A stretch of DNA of 64,000 nucleotides, from assembly GCA_963700145.1 (NCBI GenBank), contig OY969474.1, forward strand, positions 3,584,001 to 3,648,000, written 5' to 3'. This document shows positions 61,688-64,000 of the stretch, piece after piece. The notes under the pieces were generated by a model that ran no database searches, was not told the DNA's origin, and saw nothing but the letters and a program-made list of their open reading frames with translations. The translations under genes and the position numbers were made by a program. Each line of letters begins with the position of its first letter. Position 1 is the stretch's first letter. The stretch is from an uncultured Acidobacteriota bacterium (GTDB taxonomy: Bacteria; Acidobacteriota; Thermoanaerobaculia; Multivoradales; UBA5704).

Positions 61688-63040
61688 GTGACGCGTGAGC
61701 GGCACCCGCCGCGCGAGGACCTCGAGCGCTTCCTGCGCGGCGAGCTGACGGCGGCCGAGAGCAAGGGCCTGGTCCGCCACCTCCTCGCCGGCTGCGCCGA
61801 CTGCCTCGGCGAGACGCGGCGCCTCTGGGGCGGCCGGCGGGGCGCGGCCGGCGCACCGGAGAGCGCGGCGCCGCCCGCCGGAGTCTACGGCGAGCTCTTC
61901 CGCAAGCTCTTCGCGCAAGGCCCGGCGCGCGAGGCGGCGGTGGCGCGCGACCTCGAGCGGGCGCCGCGCCTCGCCGCGGACCTCCTCCGCCACCCGCACG
62001 CGCGGCGCCTGACGCTCGTCGCCAACGCCGAGCGCTTCCGCAGCGTCGGCCTCTGCGAGCACCTCCTGGAGTCGGCGGCCGCTCTCTGGCGGGAGGACCC
62101 GCCGGCCAGCGCCGAGCTCGCCGAGGTGGCCGGCGCCGTGGCGCGGCGCCTCGACCCGCGCTGCGCCGGGCCGTCGCTCGCCGCCAGCCTCGAGGGGCGG
62201 GCCTGGGCCTACCGCGGCAACGCCCTGCGCCTCGCAGGCGACTTCGCCGTCGCCGAGGAGGCGCTGGCCCGCGCCGAGCCGCTCGTCGAGCACGGCAGCG
62301 GCGACCCGCTGGAGCGCGCCGAGCTCCACGCCCTGCGCGCCGCCCTCGCCGCCGACCGCGGCCGCCCCGCCGCCGCCCTCGCCCTCTACGACCGCGCCGC
62401 CCAGCTCTACCGCGCCCTCGCCGAGCGCCACGCCCTCGGCCGCACCCTGCTCGAAAAGAGCGCCGTCCCCGCGCCCGCCCTCGCCGAGGCGGCGCGCCTC
62501 GCCCTCCTGCGCGAGGGTGTCGGCCTCCTCGACGACCGCCTAGAGCCCCACCTCGCCGCCGCCGCCCACCACCGCCTAGTCGCCGGCCTCTTAGACGCCG
62601 GCCACCCCGGCGAGGCCCTCCTCTACCTCCAGAAAGCCCGGCTCCTCGACCGCAAGCAGGGCGACCGCGCAGGCCTCCTCCGCCTCCTGCGCCTGGAAGG
62701 CAAGATCGCCGAATCCCTGGACCGCCCCGAAGACGCCGAGCGCCTCCTCCTAGAAGCCTGGATCGGCCTCGTCGGCCTCAAGCTCGGCCAAGACGCCGCC
62801 ACCGTCACCCTCGACCTCGCCCGCCTCTACGCCCGCAACGGCCGCATCGCCGAGGCCCGCGGCTTGGCCCTCAAACTCTCCCCCCTCTTCCACGCCGAGG
62901 GCCTAGACCGCGGCGCCATCGTCGGCCTAGTCGTCCTCCGCCGCCTCCTGGAGACCGAATCCGCCAGCCCCCAGTTCCTAGCCGAGCTAGTCGGTTACTT
63001 CCGCCGCCCAACCCCGGCGCAGCTCCGCCAAGCCAGCTAA
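61688..63040 (+). CDS. TPR-repeat protein with N-terminal zf-HC2-like motif
   Basis: HP....LERF..HLLAGCADC; AWAYRGNALRLAGD helical repeats. Confidence 0.75.
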   Translation: MTRERHPPREDLERFLRGELTAAESKGLVRHLLAGCADCLGETRRLWGGRRGAAGAPESAAPPAGVYGELFRKLFAQGPAREAAVARDLERAPRLAADLLRHPHARRLTLVANAERFRSVGLCEHLLESAAALWREDPPASAELAEVAGAVARRLDPRCAGPSLAASLEGRAWAYRGNALRLAGDFAVAEEALARAEPLVEHGSGDPLERAELHALRAALAADRGRPAAALALYDRAAQLYRALAERHALGRTLLEKSAVPAPALAEAARLALLREGVGLLDDRLEPHLAAAAHHRLVAGLLDAGHPGEALLYLQKARLLDRKQGDRAGLLRLLRLEGKIAESLDRPEDAERLLLEAWIGLVGLKLGQDAATVTLDLARLYARNGRIAEARGLALKLSPLFHAEGLDRGAIVGLVVLRRLLETESASPQFLAELVGYFRRPTPAQLRQAS

Positions 63041-63067
63041 CAGGTCTTTGGATGCTGGGTGGGGGAA

Positions 63068-63232
63068 GCCCGGGGGTCGGGTGCCCCCGGCGGGAACCTC
63101 TGAGCGAGCGCCGGGCAACGCCCGCTGCATTCGACATCGACCCCGGCGCAAAGCGAAGCGGAGGCGCGAGCCCACCCCCCGCAATCCACAAGGCTCGCGC
63201 CGGTTCCCGCCGGGGGCACCCGACCCCCGGGC
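63068..63232. repeat. 165-bp multi-stem element with perfect 31-bp terminal inverted repeat (copy 2)
   Basis: 63068-63098 is the exact reverse complement of 63202-63232; same internal architecture as copy 1. Confidence 0.85.
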
Positions 63233-63258
63233 GGGGCGGGGGGTCTTAGTTCCTTATC

Positions 63259-64000
63259 TCAGCCGGCCTGCTTCTTCTCCCACTCCTCCTTAGTCATCCA
63301 CTCCACCACCCCCCGCTTCTTGAGCTCCTCCGCCCGCGCAAACCCCGCCTCCAACCGCCCCTCCAGCACCTCAGCAAGCTCCACCTGCGACTGCGTAGGC
63401 CTCCCCTCGTAACTGTTCACCGCCCCGTACAGCAACCCCAACTTCTCCCGCAACTGCTCCTCCCCCGACAACCACCCCCCCGCCGACGTCGCCACCAGCT
63501 CCTTCCGCAGCCCCTCCCAATCCGCCGCCAGCTTCGTCGCCTTCTTCTTGTCCGCCTGCTCCTTGGCGTCCGTCACCGCGTCCGCCAGGTACGTCAGCCG
63601 CCCGAGCATCTCGTAGAGCCGCCACACCAGCTTCTCCTGCTCCTTGCGGTCCGCGTCGGCGTGGCGTGACCGCGGGTCGGCCACCAGCTCCACCTTCCCC
63701 GGGTACGTCTGGTCCCCCTTGACCACCTTGAACGTGTAGGCGCCGAGCGGCACTCGCGGCCCCAGCATCGCGTAACTGTTGAGCACCAGCGAGTTCGCCG
63801 GCGGCATCTTCGGGGGCTTGGCGCGCATCGGCCAGGACACCCGGTTGATCCCCTTCCGCTTGCCGCCGGGGAGCGTCGTCACCAGCTTCCCGTCGGCGTC
63901 GTAGACCTCGACCTTGAGGTCGCCGAAGAGGTGCCGCTTCTTGAGGTAGTAGACGATCGTCGCCTCCTCCGGCGGGTTGAAGGCCACGAACTCGTCGTCG
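63259..64000 (-). CDS. C-terminus of a large protein, likely BNR/VPS10 glycosyl-hydrolase-like (partial)
   Basis: NPP.EATIVYYL, KGINRVSW, GPRVPLGAY, DPR, PTQSQ; frame open to the window edge. Confidence 0.7.
   Translation of the reverse strand, partial: DDEFVAFNPPEEATIVYYLKKRHLFGDLKVEVYDADGKLVTTLPGGKRKGINRVSWPMRAKPPKMPPANSLVLNSYAMLGPRVPLGAYTFKVVKGDQTYPGKVELVADPRSRHADADRKEQEKLVWRLYEMLGRLTYLADAVTDAKEQADKKKATKLAADWEGLRKELVATSAGGWLSGEEQLREKLGLLYGAVNSYEGRPTQSQVELAEVLEGRLEAGFARAEELKKRGVVEWMTKEEWEKKQAG

Overview
High-GC bacterial chromosome segment. Gene content (TonB receptor, futalosine pathway, a characteristic secreted C-terminal domain, TPR proteins) suggests Acidobacteriota/Thermoanaerobaculia, but that is inference. 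Housekeeping blocks: sdh anchor/sdhA/sdhB, panB-panC-panD-thiG under a pan-type leader RNA, a deoxynucleoside kinase, mqnE, mqnP and pyrF. These alternate with accessory genes: glycan/small-molecule tailoring clusters, three tandem beta-helix paralogs, an IS256, toxin-antitoxin modules, a BlaI/M56-ankyrin system and two low-GC nuclease-like ORFs. Most notable: (1) a cation:proton antiporter-rhodanese fusion whose apparent stop is very probably a selenocysteine UGA (C-T-U-P), with a SECIS-like hairpin behind it. (2) Two ~165-bp multi-stem elements with divergent sequence but the same covarying architecture and a central GCGAAGC mini-hairpin; each sits in a kb-scale halo of + strand G depletion that ignores gene orientation. 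(3) REP-like repeats recruited into coding sequence. No rRNA, tRNA or CRISPR array was seen. All functional calls come from motif recognition only; no database searches were run.
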